Notes: generated from the sequence alone by a model not told the origin. A DNA stretch of 64,000 bases from Paragordius varius (GCA_964247055.1 OZ176051.1:14570001-14634000); one strand, 5' to 3'. Positions 1 through 13,826 are shown, counted from the stretch's first letter. Numbers and translations are program-made.

Positions 1-1887
1 CAAAATGATTGCAATTGTAAATACATGGATTTACCAATACATATTACTTTATTTTTTTTGATATTTCATTATTTCTGCATAGTTTGAATTTTAACTGATA
101 CTTTTTGAGGGAATCGAAAAAACTGACGACATTTTTATTGGGCAAAAAGCTTTTTTGCACAAAAATAACAAATAATTAAATTTTTCAATATAGTATCAAT
201 CTGATTAAAATGCGCCATCCATTTAATTTTATTTAATACATTACTAAAACACATAAAACATTTTTTATGTTTAAATAACGGTTCACCAATAGGATCTTCT
301 TAACAGTTCTCATTGAAAGCCAAAAAAACCAAACCACAAAACTTTAAGAAGTTTATTATATTATCGGGGCCTTTAATAAAATTGGTATATTTTTCCGTTT
401 TGTCTGTATATTTACAAATTTTCTTGTTATTTGTTATCAATATCTTTTAATAATAACTAAATCGCAAGATAATACAGGATATTTTCTAATTATTTTACAA
501 TTATAAATTGTCCGCCAAATAATAATCATTCATAAACCTAAGGAATTAGCATTGGTATTGGTTAATAAATTTAATGACGGTTTTAATTTTTGTACTTATT
601 CGGGTGTAAAAAAATAAAAAACGAAGATGGTTACAAAAAGAAAGCTCGCATACACAACAACAGAATTATGATGAAAAGTAAGTAATATAAAAAATTTTTA
701 AAATTAGATGGCCTATATATGTTCTGATCACTAAATAAATATCTGCCCATATATATAACCATTTTTATTTATAATATCTGTGAATAAACTTTAATTGTTT
801 TTCAGTATTTTAAGTCATCATAATAAAAAATAAAATAATTTGTTATCCGTACAAGTCCATATCTTCTCTTCTGTCCAGCGACTGGCCAGGTCTGGCTTGC
901 ACTATCATTGCAAGACCCAATTTTTACATGAAAAATGAAATATATGAATAATATTTTTTTAATATCCCTTTATCTGTGCGGCTTGAAATTGATTAAAGGT
1001 TTTACACATTATATACATATATGTATATATATCATCAGAATATTTTTTTGTTTGTTTAGGTGTATTAATATTAATAATCTTGGGAAAGAAGCATGATTTA
1101 TCTTTGACAATACAATTTATTTTAGCATAGCATAATGCGCGTTTTGATATGAAACATATCTTAAAAAGCGTAAATATTTTATGAATTAAACCAAAGGACC
1201 ATTAAAACACTTTTCAGTTTTATTAAAAATTCAAATTAAATCATCAAAACAATTTAAAAAACAACTAATTAATTATATAACGATTGTACACTAATTTAGC
1301 TTTCCATATTATAATTTTATTTTTGACCAATGTGTTATAGAACATTTATTTGAGTCGTTATTATATAAGTCTCAGCCCACAAACCAAAACAGGGGCGTAC
1401 CGAGGGGGGGGGGGGGGGGCAAGGGGGTGCATCATGCCCCGGGCGCCGTTATTTAGGGGCGCCTAAATGATTTTTTAAATTAAATTTTAATTATGCAAAA
1501 ATGATAAGAACTTTTAAATGAGATTTTTCAGCAATTCAGGTAATAATCCCTAAAATATACACTCTATTATTCACAACGAGAATGAACTAACATTATTGAG
1601 AGTGGTAAAAGAAAAATTTAATATGATAGATTTTAATAATATAATTGATCATTTGCAATATCAAAAGCCAGAAAAATTTTTACATAAAAGATATTTTTTC
1701 TCTTAGTTGCTTTTTTCCTTTGTAAGTGAAAAAATCTTCATATAATTAATATTTTAATTGCATTATAATTCTATTAAAATCGTATTGTAAAATTCGCTTA
1801 GAATTACAATTATTTTTTAAATCATTATTGTTCGCCATTATCATAAGATCAATTCAAATGCAACTAAAACATTATTTTTATATATAA

Positions 1888-3571
1888 CTAGTGTAAATCT
1901 CGTGGTGCTACGCAGCCCGAGGAAGTCCTTCGGACTTCGGGGCGGGATTTTTGATTTTAAGCAATTTTGTTATGCGGCACGAAGTTTTAAAATGAATCAC
2001 AGAGTCTTATAAGTTTTCTGAAATTTGGCGTATCGATATGGCGCAGTTGTAGGCAGCCCCCTACCCAGAGGACAATATAAAAATGTAGTTAGATAAAAAA
2101 AATTGTCTTTTACCTGGAATTATACATTCCTAATAGTTTATGGAAGAATGGCTTCAAAACTAAATAATAATTCAATGATAGCCCGTTTTTTATGAGTAAA
2201 GGGCCTATTTAACTAGGGCTGTGCTGACCAAATCATGACCCGGTCAATTGACCGGGTCATGACCAGGTCAGTGACTATTTATTTTTTGACCATGGTCATT
2301 TAAAAAACAGCTGTTTTTTAAAAAATTGCTGATAATTTTTTTTGGAAGAGAGATAGTAAGATTTTATTGTTTTTTTATATATTTTTGAAAAACTAAAAAT
2401 TAAATATTTTAATATGCTTATTTAACAATATAAAATTGTTTAACATGCATTATAACATTAGCATTTAAGCATATCCAGTTATTTCGAAAAACAAAACAAT
2501 CAAGACTTTGCAAAATATGCAATTATATTTGTGAACCAATAAAAGGAATTTTATAATTGGATATTTCAATGATGTAAGAAAGTGTAAAACAAACTAGGTA
2601 AAATTTTATTTGAAATATCCAGTATTAAAAGCTATTTAATTGAAGATTCAGACCACAAACATATGGAATTCTTGACTAAATTTGATTCAAAATATTTGGA
2701 AACAATAAATATCGAAAAAATGTATAATACCAACTATTAAGAAAAAACATGACATTATTTGAGTAAAATGCAAGTGTCGTTCCAACATTATTTCCATCCA
2801 ATATCGCATGATATTTACCTACATAAAAAGTGGTCATGACCACGGTCATGACCATGGTCTGACTGGGTCCCGGACTTTTTCGAAAAAGCAGTCAAATGCA
2901 CAACCCTATATTTAACAGCTAATTCAAAAAATCCGCTCGACTACAATTTTTGACTTTTTACTGGTAATACTTTAAGCAGCTATTGAACTCATATGGCCTG
3001 ATATTTCTGAAATTTAGCCCCACGCTATTTCGATATGACAAATCAGTTTTTAGCGGGTAGCTCCTTACTCAGCAGGTATCATCAAAGAAACGCTTCACTA
3101 AAATTTTTGCTTTTTAACAGGGAATACGTGGAATCCTTATTGAATTTTTACGGTCTCATACCTAGGGCATAAAATAGATTTAAAAAATTATTTTTGTGGA
3201 CTTTGTTTTTTAAAAAAGGTGGCATTTTAAAGGGGGGAGCGGGTAAAAAGAGGGCCTAAATCAAAAAAGCGAGACGACTGTGTTCGGCGCAATCGAAAAT
3301 AAGTAAACATAAATCATATTTGAAATTGAATGGTCCAACACGTTCTCGGAAAATTGTCTCAAAAACACGATTTTTGTGGACTTGTGTTTTCAAAAAAACC
3401 CGTTTTTCACACGGGGTGGGCCCGAACTGGGGGCCTATTTCAAAAAAGGGCGAAGCTATTGTCGGGGTATTTATTAATGATTATATTTTTTCGATGTATG
3501 GATATTGGGTCTACCGGTTTTCCTGTACCAGATCACAAAGCCAGCATTTTCCATTTTTATAAATATATAGA
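1888..3571 (-). mobile_element. Non-autonomous Helitron
   Basis: On the minus strand it starts TCTATATATTTATAAAAATGG and ends ...GATTTACACTAG, inserted between A and T. There is a GC hairpin GAAGTCC-TTC-GGACTTC near the 3' end. Homologous copies at 43729-45119. Confidence 0.82.
2214..2908. mobile_element. hAT-type MITE nested in the Helitron
   Basis: 11-bp TIR TAGGGCTGTGC / GCACAACCCTA (1 mismatch); perfect 8-bp TSD TATTTAAC at 2206-2213 and 2909-2916; subterminal TGACC/GGTCA arrays including a perfect 30-bp palindrome at 2233-2262. Confidence 0.88.
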
Positions 3572-3852
3572 TTTTCATATTATAGAATTTATAAGAACAT
3601 TTATGTATTTAAAAATGAATAAATTTATTATCATATAAATATATATATTCAATAGATTTAAATATGACTGTGCTGTCTTATCTATGGTGTTTAGGTTACA
3701 ACGTTTGTATTTTTTTACTAAATTGTTTTATTAGCTTTTAAAAAAAGAGGGGGGAGGGGGGGGGCATAAAAGTTTTATGCCCCGGGCGCCGCAAATGCTC
3801 GGTACGCCACTGAACCAAAATAGTCATGCTGATACATTTTTCTATTTTTCAT

Positions 3853-3856
<4 letters not shown>

Positions 3857-3904
<48 letters not shown>
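3857..3904. repeat. (TA)n microsatellite; others near 18055-18082, 41393-41417 and 51020-51047
   Basis: Directly visible dinucleotide runs. Confidence 0.95.
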
Positions 3905-3908
<4 letters not shown>

Positions 3909-5999
3909 TCATCAGGATATTTTTTATATGAGGCTATATGATGCACTTAAAGCCTTGTGGATAATTATCGGGATTAAATTAATTAAACGATAATGTTTAT
4001 TTGAAAACATATTAAGCCTTATTTCAATTTAAATAGCTAATGAAGATATCCAAAATTAATTAGGCTTATTGTGATAATTTATTATAATAAAAGATATTAA
4101 AATAATATAATTTTTTTGATAAAGTTTTTTTAAGGCAAAAATTATTTTCTGACGAACAGATATCTATCTATAAAAGGTACAGACTGTAGACGAAGGAATT
4201 CAATATTTATCAATTTATACCGTCAAAAAAGTTTTATATTCTGCAAATATTTTTAATTATATTTGTTCTTCACAATAAATGCAATGTGTAGATAATAATA
4301 GGCTTTTGTACATTGTATATCTTATATTTTAAATAAGCCATCTATTTATCTTTCCAATAATGTACAGAATTCATCTTGACAGCCTGAGGTTAAGTAGGTA
4401 ATGGGAAATTTAATTGATAGAGTTCAGTAATAACAACCATATTATAATAAAATTATTTTTTCTTTTTTATTTATTTCATAAATTTTATATTATACGTAAA
4501 TTTATTAAATCTTAACGAATTAAAACCATATGACAATATTTTTACCAATAATATTATTACGAAGATGCAAATTTATCTTTTAATTATGCAGAAAAATTGG
4601 GCACCAAAAAATAGTATTTCATATATATATAATATCCTTATTGATAAAACCTACTGTTACGAGGACGATAATAAAATTAGATATGTAATTTTTCTACCCT
4701 TTCGATCGGATATTATACGATTATAATCAATTACTTAGTAAAAAGGTATAAAAAAGTATGGTGTCAAAATAACTTATTTTTTCAAGTTTTGGCCTGGTAT
4801 TTTATTTTCTATTTAATGTAATTATTAGATTTTATAAATTAAAATTTTAACAATATTTAAGTAAAATCGATTTATATCCGAATTTCGGCAATAAACAAGC
4901 AAAAATTGTTATAGTACTTTTTTCAGTAGTTTTGAAATTAATAATATATCTGTCAATTCCATATATTTTACAAAAGCCGCCCTTCAGATCTTTTGATTCT
5001 ATAATGCGTCTTGCCAGGCCATTTTACCCTTAATTTATGTTATAACTAACATTCATATTATAAATTATATCATTATGATAGATGAAAAAATATAGATTAA
5101 GACAAAAAATTCAAAAAATTTCCTTTTAATAATAATAAAAAAAATCCATATAACTCATATTATTTAAATTGTAACAACAGCCACATTTACCTCTGCTCAA
5201 TAAAACAAAATTATTGCCATTGACTTGTTGATTTAAACACGTTCATCCCTTATTTTGAAACGCATTTATACGGACACATGATGTAAACAAAAGTTAAACC
5301 GATATTTTAAGGATTCCCATGAAAATTTAATAATATACGATTTACAAATTCAAATTTACCCTAAAAATAATTATGTGTTTTCGCAGCTAATGTAACCATC
5401 ATTAATATAAAATATATTTTTACGACATAGTTTATATCTGTATATTGATTTTGGCAGAATTTCATGTCTTAAAAATATTAAATATGAAGGTATTTTTAAT
5501 CTTAAAAAAACACATAATTATTAAGGGTGTATTTGAATTGTCCAAGGGTGAATTTAAATTGTTTAATAGTGAATTTGAATTGTGTGTGGGCAAATTTGAA
5601 CAATAAATGGTATATATATGATTCCCTAAATCAGATTTATATGGAATAGTAGCTTTGAATTAAATCTATTGTGTTGCAAATCAGACTAATATATAATAAT
5701 TTTTCAAAGACAACCATGATTCTTTACACTATATTCTTTATAATTAATTACATGAATTATAATTTTACATTTATTTTTTTGCCACTCATGCAAGTATATT
5801 CTAAAAAGCATTATTATAAAAATATTTGTCTTTTGGTTTTACTTTTTGTATCAACGAATTCAATTTTAAATATATAAAGATCCAAACGAGACATAAACCA
5901 CATGCAGTTAAATATACATTGGGAAAGATAAAGCTGGAGGCAGTAGATTAAATCAAAGCCACAATAATAAATAATCATCTGGTATTATCAGTAGATATA

Positions 6000-6303
6000 C
6001 CATTTACAGTTCAAATTCACCCTTAAACAATTCAAACTCACCCTTGAACAATTCAAATTCACCCTAAAAATAAATTATGAAACTTCGGTCTAATACAACC
6101 TATCATTAAAATTAAATATATATTTATGGCAAAGTTTATTATTTTTTCAGTATTATTTTGATTACATACAAAATTTCTTTTTCTATATATATAAAAAATA
6201 TAGGTAATATATAATCTTAAAAAACACATAATTTATTTTAGGGTAATTTGAATTTTTCAAGGGTGTATTTGATTTGTTTAGGGTGAATTTGAACTACAAA
6301 TGG
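6000..6303. mobile_element. TATA-flanked CCATTT...AAATGG MITE, subfamily with 21-bp TTCAAATTCACCCTTGAACAA units
   Basis: Inverted arms made of tandem 21-bp units; sister copies at 5338-5610 and 9014-9322. Confidence 0.8.
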
Positions 6304-8608
6304 TATATTAAAGTAGAAAAGCACCGAATAAGGTTGAAGAAATTTTCAGTCAAAACCAACATTATTTTCAAACGCAACATTTTTTGAAGCAAAAAATGTT
6401 GCGTTTGCTTGTGTTGCTCTTGACTGAAAAATAATATATTACAACTTTCGATAACCCCATGATGCATACGTAATAGAAGAAAAACGAATAAATACTCAAA
6501 ATATGATGATGGCTTATTGCTGCCTCTGGGGTGCTTTATAATTTATAAATTCAACCAAATATTCGTAAATATACACCAGAAACTATATATTTTAAGGCAA
6601 AAACGATTAATTTGATTATATTGTTTATATTTAAAATTGTGAATTAAGTTAAATACAGTAAAAATTGAAATTATCACACAAATAAAAACTTTAAGCACAA
6701 ATATTTCAAACCTATATATTCAACTTTATTGTTCGCAGTACACGTCAATTTTATATTTGAATTTAAAACAAGTTATAAAACCATGGCGATCTGTATTTGA
6801 ATATTACTTTATTATTAATATTATTTTTCTTTGCAATGGTATAAGAGTAAATTATTTTGCAAAAATTATAAAAGTGCATGATAATCAGCATGAGCTAATT
6901 AGTTTATGCCACATTTATGATAAGGAGCAGATTTAAAAGCCCCATTCCGTATATATGATTAAAATGGTTAAATTTAAATTTTTATATGATTTTAACGATA
7001 TATATAACTTTATCTATTCAGAGAATACAAATTTTATATAACAGATAATAAGCTAGCGAGATTAAATACCAGCCATCTGTTTAATGGCTATATAAAAATA
7101 ATATACATTTATTTATGAGTGTTTTGTTGTATGTTATTGCGTCAACCTTTTAATAATCATTTATGAAAAATTTTTTCATCTAAATCTTGTAGTCAAGTAT
7201 ATGAAAAATTCAGATAGAATTCCACAAACAATACATTTCACAATCGATTAGTATTAAGTTAAATGAAATAATTAAAGAGTAAGGATTATAATATTATAGT
7301 TATTTAATATTATCTTTTACCAATCTTTACAATATTTATCGTTTATGCATAGGCCTTGGACTTTAATTGTAATTATGAATTCTATTAAAAAAATTTACCA
7401 ATAAATTTACAAAATAATTTTTTGCTGTATAGTAGCATATCCTCTTATATAAATTTTCTATTTTTGTTCCGCGAAAACTAGTATGTTGAGACTTTTAAAA
7501 TTTTTTAACCATAAAGTAAAACTATTTATTCTCTAACCAGGTCTAGATCTTGGCATGTATATTTATAAATAAAAATAAATAACTTCCCTGCTTTATTGCT
7601 TACTTTGTTTTAACCCTGTTATACTTTCATATAATAATCATTGATCTAAATATATGAAGACTTTTGATTAATATCCAATTATTGTTTGTAAACATATATT
7701 TTTTATTATTATAATCTATCCTAATAGAAATATATTTACATATATTAATTACTTTAATGGATATAATTAAAAAAGGCTTATAAGAGTAGATATGCTAAGT
7801 GTAGGTGTTTATTACATATATCACTCATACTTTTTAGAGCAGGGTGACAGTGTTTACCCATGTTCATAACTGTGACTGGTGAATCCACAACAAGGACTTA
7901 AGGCGTAATACTCTATCACACGTGGTAAACACTGTCTTATTAAAATTTTTTAGTAAGTACTACAACTTCTTATTGCGATGGTAGGTTAAGAAAATAACTC
8001 CGAACTATATATATAATTAATTTCTCTTTTAGTTTTTACGTTTTAGTATGATTTAAATTTTTATTGCATAGTTGAGTGTGTGAACGATTTGCGTCTTATT
8101 ATTTTACAATCTATAATAATGATATAAAAAAAGTTATAAAAGTATGGCTGCCTTTTATAAAAAAATAATCAATTAGTTCCTAATATTGTCTCGATAATTC
8201 CAGTTTTTTTGTTTTTTTCGCATGGAAAACTAATAATGAATCATTCAGGTTAATTATGATAAAAATAAGTGAAAATTATTTCACCATAGTTTGGTTTAAT
8301 TTCTCTAAAATTGGATTTAAAATAATGCCGGAAAAATAAATAAGGCTTTTGAAACTGAAAGTATTTCAGCGGATTAATACAAAAATTGTTTATTTTATCT
8401 ACTAATTTAGGATATAATTAAATGTTGATTTAATTTTAGAAATCACCATTTCAATTTCCTTGGAGGGGTGGGGTAAAAGTATTTAGGAGATTAAAATTTT
8501 TTTACCTGCGATGTTAACCAGTAAATATGGTTAACATATATTTCATTTAATCGTAAAAATATATCTCAAACATGTATTTATGACCGCCTGCGCTAAAAAG
8601 CCCTTATA

Positions 8609-8869
8609 CAGTAAAAATTGGAATTATACGGACAAAACGTAAATATTTTATAAGAGACTACCATACTTTTTAAGTCTTATTTTTTTTATTTACATTATTG
8701 TTTTGATTTAAACTACGAAATAATGTATTTGTAATACAATCAATTAAATTTTATGTGGAATTATATATTTGGTAATAGGAAAAATTAAGATTTAAAAAGT
8801 ATGGTTATCTTTAGGAAAAAATTGTCCTAATATTTTTATATTTTATCCGTAAAAAATCAATTCTTACCG
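8609..8869. mobile_element. TA-flanked CAGT...ACTG MITE (Tc1/mariner-type ends)
   Basis: About 80-bp imperfect TIR (CAGTAAAAATTGGAATTATACGGACAAAA...ACCATACTTTT); TA on both sides; about 260 bp. Confidence 0.8.
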
Positions 8870-10561
8870 TAAAATATAAAATGAATAATTTTTACCTTAA
8901 AAACTACTAAGTTTTTACAATATATAAAGCAAAGTGGTATATATAATACGACTTTAAATTAATCTTTAACTGATTTAAAGTTGCTGATTATAGATGAAAT
9001 AGATATAATTATACCATTTACAGGTTCAAATTTACCCTTAAACAATTCAAATTCACTCTTGAACAATTCATATTCACCCTAAAAACAAATTATGTGTTTT
9101 CGAGCTAATATACAAAATTAATATTATAAATACTTATGGCATAGCTTATTATTTTTCAGTATTATATTAATTAACGAAATTTCATTACATAAAAATATAA
9201 AAAATATAGGTAATTCTTATTTCAATGACATAATTTATTTTAGGGGAACTCGAATTGTTCGAGAATGAATTTGAACTGTATTATTTAAGGGTGAATTTTA
9301 ATTTTGAATTTAACGCAAATGGTTTAATATAAAAAAATAATAATTAATAACATAAATATGATTTTATTATTGATTTAAAATTAAATTTTGTATATATTAG
9401 TTATTTTCAATTGATTTTCGGGCGATATTGTTGGAAACCCCTGATCTAAGCTTTCTCATTTCTATAAAATATAATTTTTTCTGATTTTTTAATGGTTCTA
9501 TTTAGGAGATTATTGTTGGCTTAAACATAGCATTGTGCATTATATACGTCATATTCAACATTTTTTCATACCAAAATTTATTAATTCTCTTTTCCATCAT
9601 TAATTTTAACTACAGGTATTAATCTTCTATCAAAAATCACTCGACTATATAAGCCCGTTGTTAGATCCCTATTTGTAACAAGTCTTACCACAAAATAAAA
9701 AAAAGGTTTATTTTGTTTAACGATGATAATCATTTAACATGTAGTTTGAAAAATCACAGTTTATTTTTTTCTACATCTATACTAAAACAAGTAGATTAAT
9801 ACATACTCTAAACACTACAAACCAATATTGACAAGATAAGTAAAATGGTCAAAAAGGGGATCGTATTAATGTATAATTAGTATCATTAATATAATCCCTT
9901 ATGTAAATCTCGTAACTCCATATGTATGTACTTTAAAATTAATGTTATTATAACCCAATTACAAAATCTATCAATTAACTGATTTTAATAAAACAAGTCA
10001 TAACATTCCCTACTTTAAAAGCTATATATGTTTTTATTTTCTGGCAGTATTTTTTGGGGTTTTGTTAAAACAACTATATGAAGTCAATAATAGTAGTTAA
10101 AGTATAATCTAGGGGAATGATCACCCAAACCGATTTATTATTTAATAATCTTTCAAAAAATAATATATTATTTGTTTTGCGAGTGTGTACGTATATATAT
10201 TATATGAACTTTGTACTAATCATATAAATAGAATTTTTAAATTGCTTATAGCTATCTGCATGTACATTAAATATTTTTTTCATGTATATGTTATCAAAAA
10301 TATTTATCATAATTATTCTGTGCCAAATTAATACTAAAGGTTAAAATTTATTTTTATACCATTAATAATTACATTAGAGGGACAAAATATATATGAAGAC
10401 AAATTATTTTCATGATTTTAAAAACACATACCTTGATATACTATTAAATTAAAAATTTATATCATATTTTCTCAGCTTATTTCATACTTAAAAAGAAAAG
10501 TAAAATTGTCTAATAAATCATGGTTGTATATTACAAAAAAATTATTGTTGTATTTATATTA

Positions 10562-10827
10562 CAGTTAAAATTAAAATTATACGGACAAAAGGTAAAAATA
10601 TAAAGACAAATAAGTTTTCCCAAAATACAGCCATACTTTTTAAATCTTAATTTTTTTAAAAACTCATTGTTTTAAACTCCAAAGAGATGGTAATACAATC
10701 AATTACATATTTTACGATTGTAATTATTTTTTTTAATAGGATAAATTAGGGTTTTAAAAAATATGGGTTGTCTTTTGAAATTTGTCTTTATATTTTTACG
10801 TTTTCGGTATAACTTCAAGTTTTACTG
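10562..10827. mobile_element. Same TA-flanked MITE family
   Basis: TA|CAGTTAAAATTAAAATTATACGGACAAAA ... TTCAAGTTTTACTG|TA. Confidence 0.8.
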
Positions 10828-11706
10828 TATGTTTCTATAACTTAAATTTTATTTATCAGCATTTTAATTAATAAAGATTCCGCCCTTTTTATTGTTTAGG
10901 AATAATTATATTAACCTATCAATATTGATCCAAAAATATGTATATAAATATTAAATATATATAAAAACAATCAACAAATACTTTTTTCAAAATAGTGTTA
11001 TAAAATTCATAAGTCAATACGAAACGTTTTGGACAATTTTTTAAAGAAATGACATCTAAATCTAAATGCAATTCTCAATAATCTTGAAAATTACATAATG
11101 AATTATATTGCTTAATGTAATTCGAGCCACATTCCTAGCCAATTTCATTCATTGTACTAAAAATGGCGTGAGAGGTTCGTTATCTTAATGGAACCGATAT
11201 GAAAAGGTTTATTAGCATTGTGCTAATTAAGGAGGAATACAATTGAATTAAATAAATTTTTGCAGAATCTGCAATTAATACACAGAATGAGACAACAGCT
11301 TTACGAACTATCTTTAAAATATGAGAAATAAAGGAATTACCATAAACTACAAATCATTTTCAGTGAACCTTGTTTAATTAATAATTATATATGTTTGCGA
11401 ATTGAAGAATTTGAGTAGCACTGATCATATTCCCTCACACGTGTCGATATGCAAACCGTGTTTTAAAACGGCTTTTTAACGGATATTAATGAAGCAAAAT
11501 CTTTTAGTAATTTTACAACCATGAATCTAACATTCGAATTCAGAAACTTTAGAAGTCAATCGATATATAAAAATTTTGTGTTTGTCACCTAAATTAAATA
11601 CCCTAATCATAATTAAAAGGTAGCAATGTAATCAGAATAATAAAATATAAATTGAATAACATGTAAAATAATACATCGATTAGGATACATAATATTTTAC
11701 AATTAG

Positions 11707-11932
11707 GCGGAGTCAAGCCTAATAACTGGACATGTTTATTTAATAATTTATAACATTATATATAAAAACTTTAATTACAAAATACTATATAGGCCTATCC
11801 ATTTCAGCAGAAGAAAATCAGACAAAAGGTTGACAAAATATAAACATATATTTTTTGATTTAGTTATTTGGAATGTTCTTTCCAAACGATATAATTTATT
11901 GGAAACGCCCGATGATTACAATGTTCTGATAG
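11707..11932 (+). CDS. Fragment of an unidentified multi-exon gene (three consecutive phase-1 symmetric exons)
   Basis: Exons 11707-11733 (27 bp), 11793-11828 (36 bp) and 11864-11932 (69 bp) with AG/GT ends and a 35-bp intron give an open frame GVKPNNWTCLSISAEENQTKVIWNVLSKRYNLLETPDDYNVLI. No paralog in the window. Confidence 0.5.
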
Positions 11933-12110
11933 GTAAACATTAATAAACAGTTAAATTACAGAGAAAATAGATAAACGGACAAAACGAAAAAATATGAAGT
12001 TAAAGACAACCACACTTTTTTAAATCTTAAATTATTTTATAAAAATTTACAATCGTAAAATACATAATTGAATGTGTTACCAATTTACAATTGTATATTA
12101 TACTTTGTAG

Positions 12111-12290
12111 TTGGTATAGTAGATAAGGCGTAGGACTCTCACCTTGTTTGAGTTCGAACCCCGAAATTACGCAATTTTTCTATCATCCCTGTCAGCCCTG
12201 GGCAGGCGACTGTTAAAAGCCTTCACATGTCCGGATACAATTTAAATCCTTACCCTTTAATCCAAAAGGAAAAAGGAGATTCCAACCTGT
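12111..12290 (+). mobile_element. Candidate tRNA-derived SINE nested in a MITE
   Basis: Pol III A-box-like TGGTATAGTAG (12112-12122) and B-box GTTCGAACCC (12152-12161), followed by a GC-richer body; it interrupts a copy of the TA-flanked MITE. Confidence 0.45.
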
Positions 12291-13826
12291 ACATTTTTAT
12301 ATTTAAAAAATCAAGATTTACAAAGTATGGTTGTCTTTAGAAAAGCTATTCCCCTTTTTTCCATTTTGACCGTATAATTTCAGATTAAGTGAAATTATAT
12401 AAAAGAAATATATTATCTTTTATGAAAACAAACAGAGAATCCGGTATGTGTTTTTAACTTATGTTGACCATTTACCCATATGTTTTAAAGGTATTTAAAA
12501 ATGCAAAATTTAGTCCCATTTATGCCCATAAAATACAGGAAAAAAAATAAAATTTGAGGCCAAAAAAATATTTTCCAATAACATAAATGATTACTATTGT
12601 GAAATATATAAGAGTGTGTTATTATATCTTTATTCCCTATATTTCAACGTCAAACTTTTATTAAAAACAGTATAAAAAGTATGGCTGTCTTTTTTCAAAA
12701 ATATTTATCTTTAGTTAATTTTGTGCGGTGCCAAATTTAGGAGCAACTAATTAAAATAGAGTATATAGTAGTAAAATCAAATAATAATAATTTCTTTTAA
12801 AAAAGTAGCTTATTTCTTTAACAGCTAAAAAGAGATTTGATATATAAACAAGAGAATTTTCTAATTTCCCGAATCATGATTTTATAAATCAAAAAGATGA
12901 TTGTATTAATGTTAGAAATTAGATATTATTTAGCAAATTTTCGCTTTTATCAGATAAATTTATCCAGAATTTTACTAGGCATTCTCACTATTTAGTACTT
13001 AATATAGCTTTGATAGATATATGATGTAATTAAATACAAATTTTATTTAATACAAATACTAATTTACTAGAAATTTATAAATAGGATTTGTCAAATTCGG
13101 ATGGGATAAACAGTTTGATTAAAATTTTAATTTATTAGGAGTGTTTAATATTACTCATAATTTTTTATTCTATAAGGAGTGACTGCCCAATATAGAAAAA
13201 CCTTTAAGCCGTTCGATTCAGTTTATGCTTTTAACGAAATATGTATAGGGTAATATTTATCTAACTTAGAAAGGGATCAATATTTTTTTGAGTGGAAGGC
13301 CATATTTTTAGCCATTTTGGAAAATACGCAATAAATATATTGTAAGATCGGTGACTACGTTTTAAACCTAAGTCAGTAAAAAATAAAGTTAAACTAAAGA
13401 AAGAATATTTTTCTTGGAGGACGGCTATATTATTAATTCATAACTTTTCAATAAAAAATTTTATAAATATGATTTTAAAATATAATTCTTTCCTATGTTG
13501 ATATTAAACAAATATATTACTTATTTTGCGACGATAGGATATCACAAAAATTAGGGTTTAAATATGATCTTTTTTATATAATATCATTAAATTGTAATTA
13601 ATCTATATAACTCCTTATTTGGTCGACGGTGATTAGTTGGAACTGAAGTTATAAAGATAAAGAAGAATTAAAAAAGTATTTTTAAACAGTTTTAATATGT
13701 TGATTATATTATGAAACTCTACACTTAAGTTGCAAAGTTAATATACATAATTATATAACCTAATTATTAAATAGTTTATGTTGGAGAAATTAGGGTTAAG
13801 AATAACTAATAATTATTTACTATATA

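Larger units (their letters stand above)
1390..3812. mobile_element. Non-autonomous hAT element (outer member of a triple nest)
   Basis: 15-bp TIR CAGGGGCGTACCGAG / CTCGGTACGCCACTG (1 mismatch); perfect 8-bp TSD AACCAAAA at 1382-1389 and 3813-3820. Confidence 0.88.

Noticed and set aside
3320-3638. ORFs 3320-3562 and 3330-3638 and their homologues at 43697-44005, 44775-45143 and 44948-45292
   Set aside because: They lie within Helitron copies, and the frames are not conserved between copies.
11793-11932. Resemblance of KVIWNVLSKRYNL to the MRGBP/Eaf7 KVIWxxLSxxY segment
   Set aside because: Short match recalled from memory; the upstream residues do not fit and I cannot run a search, so no gene symbol is given.
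10740-13800. Scattered TTAGGG hexamers as telomeric repeats
   Set aside because: Single occurrences inside AT-rich repeat interiors; no tandem array.
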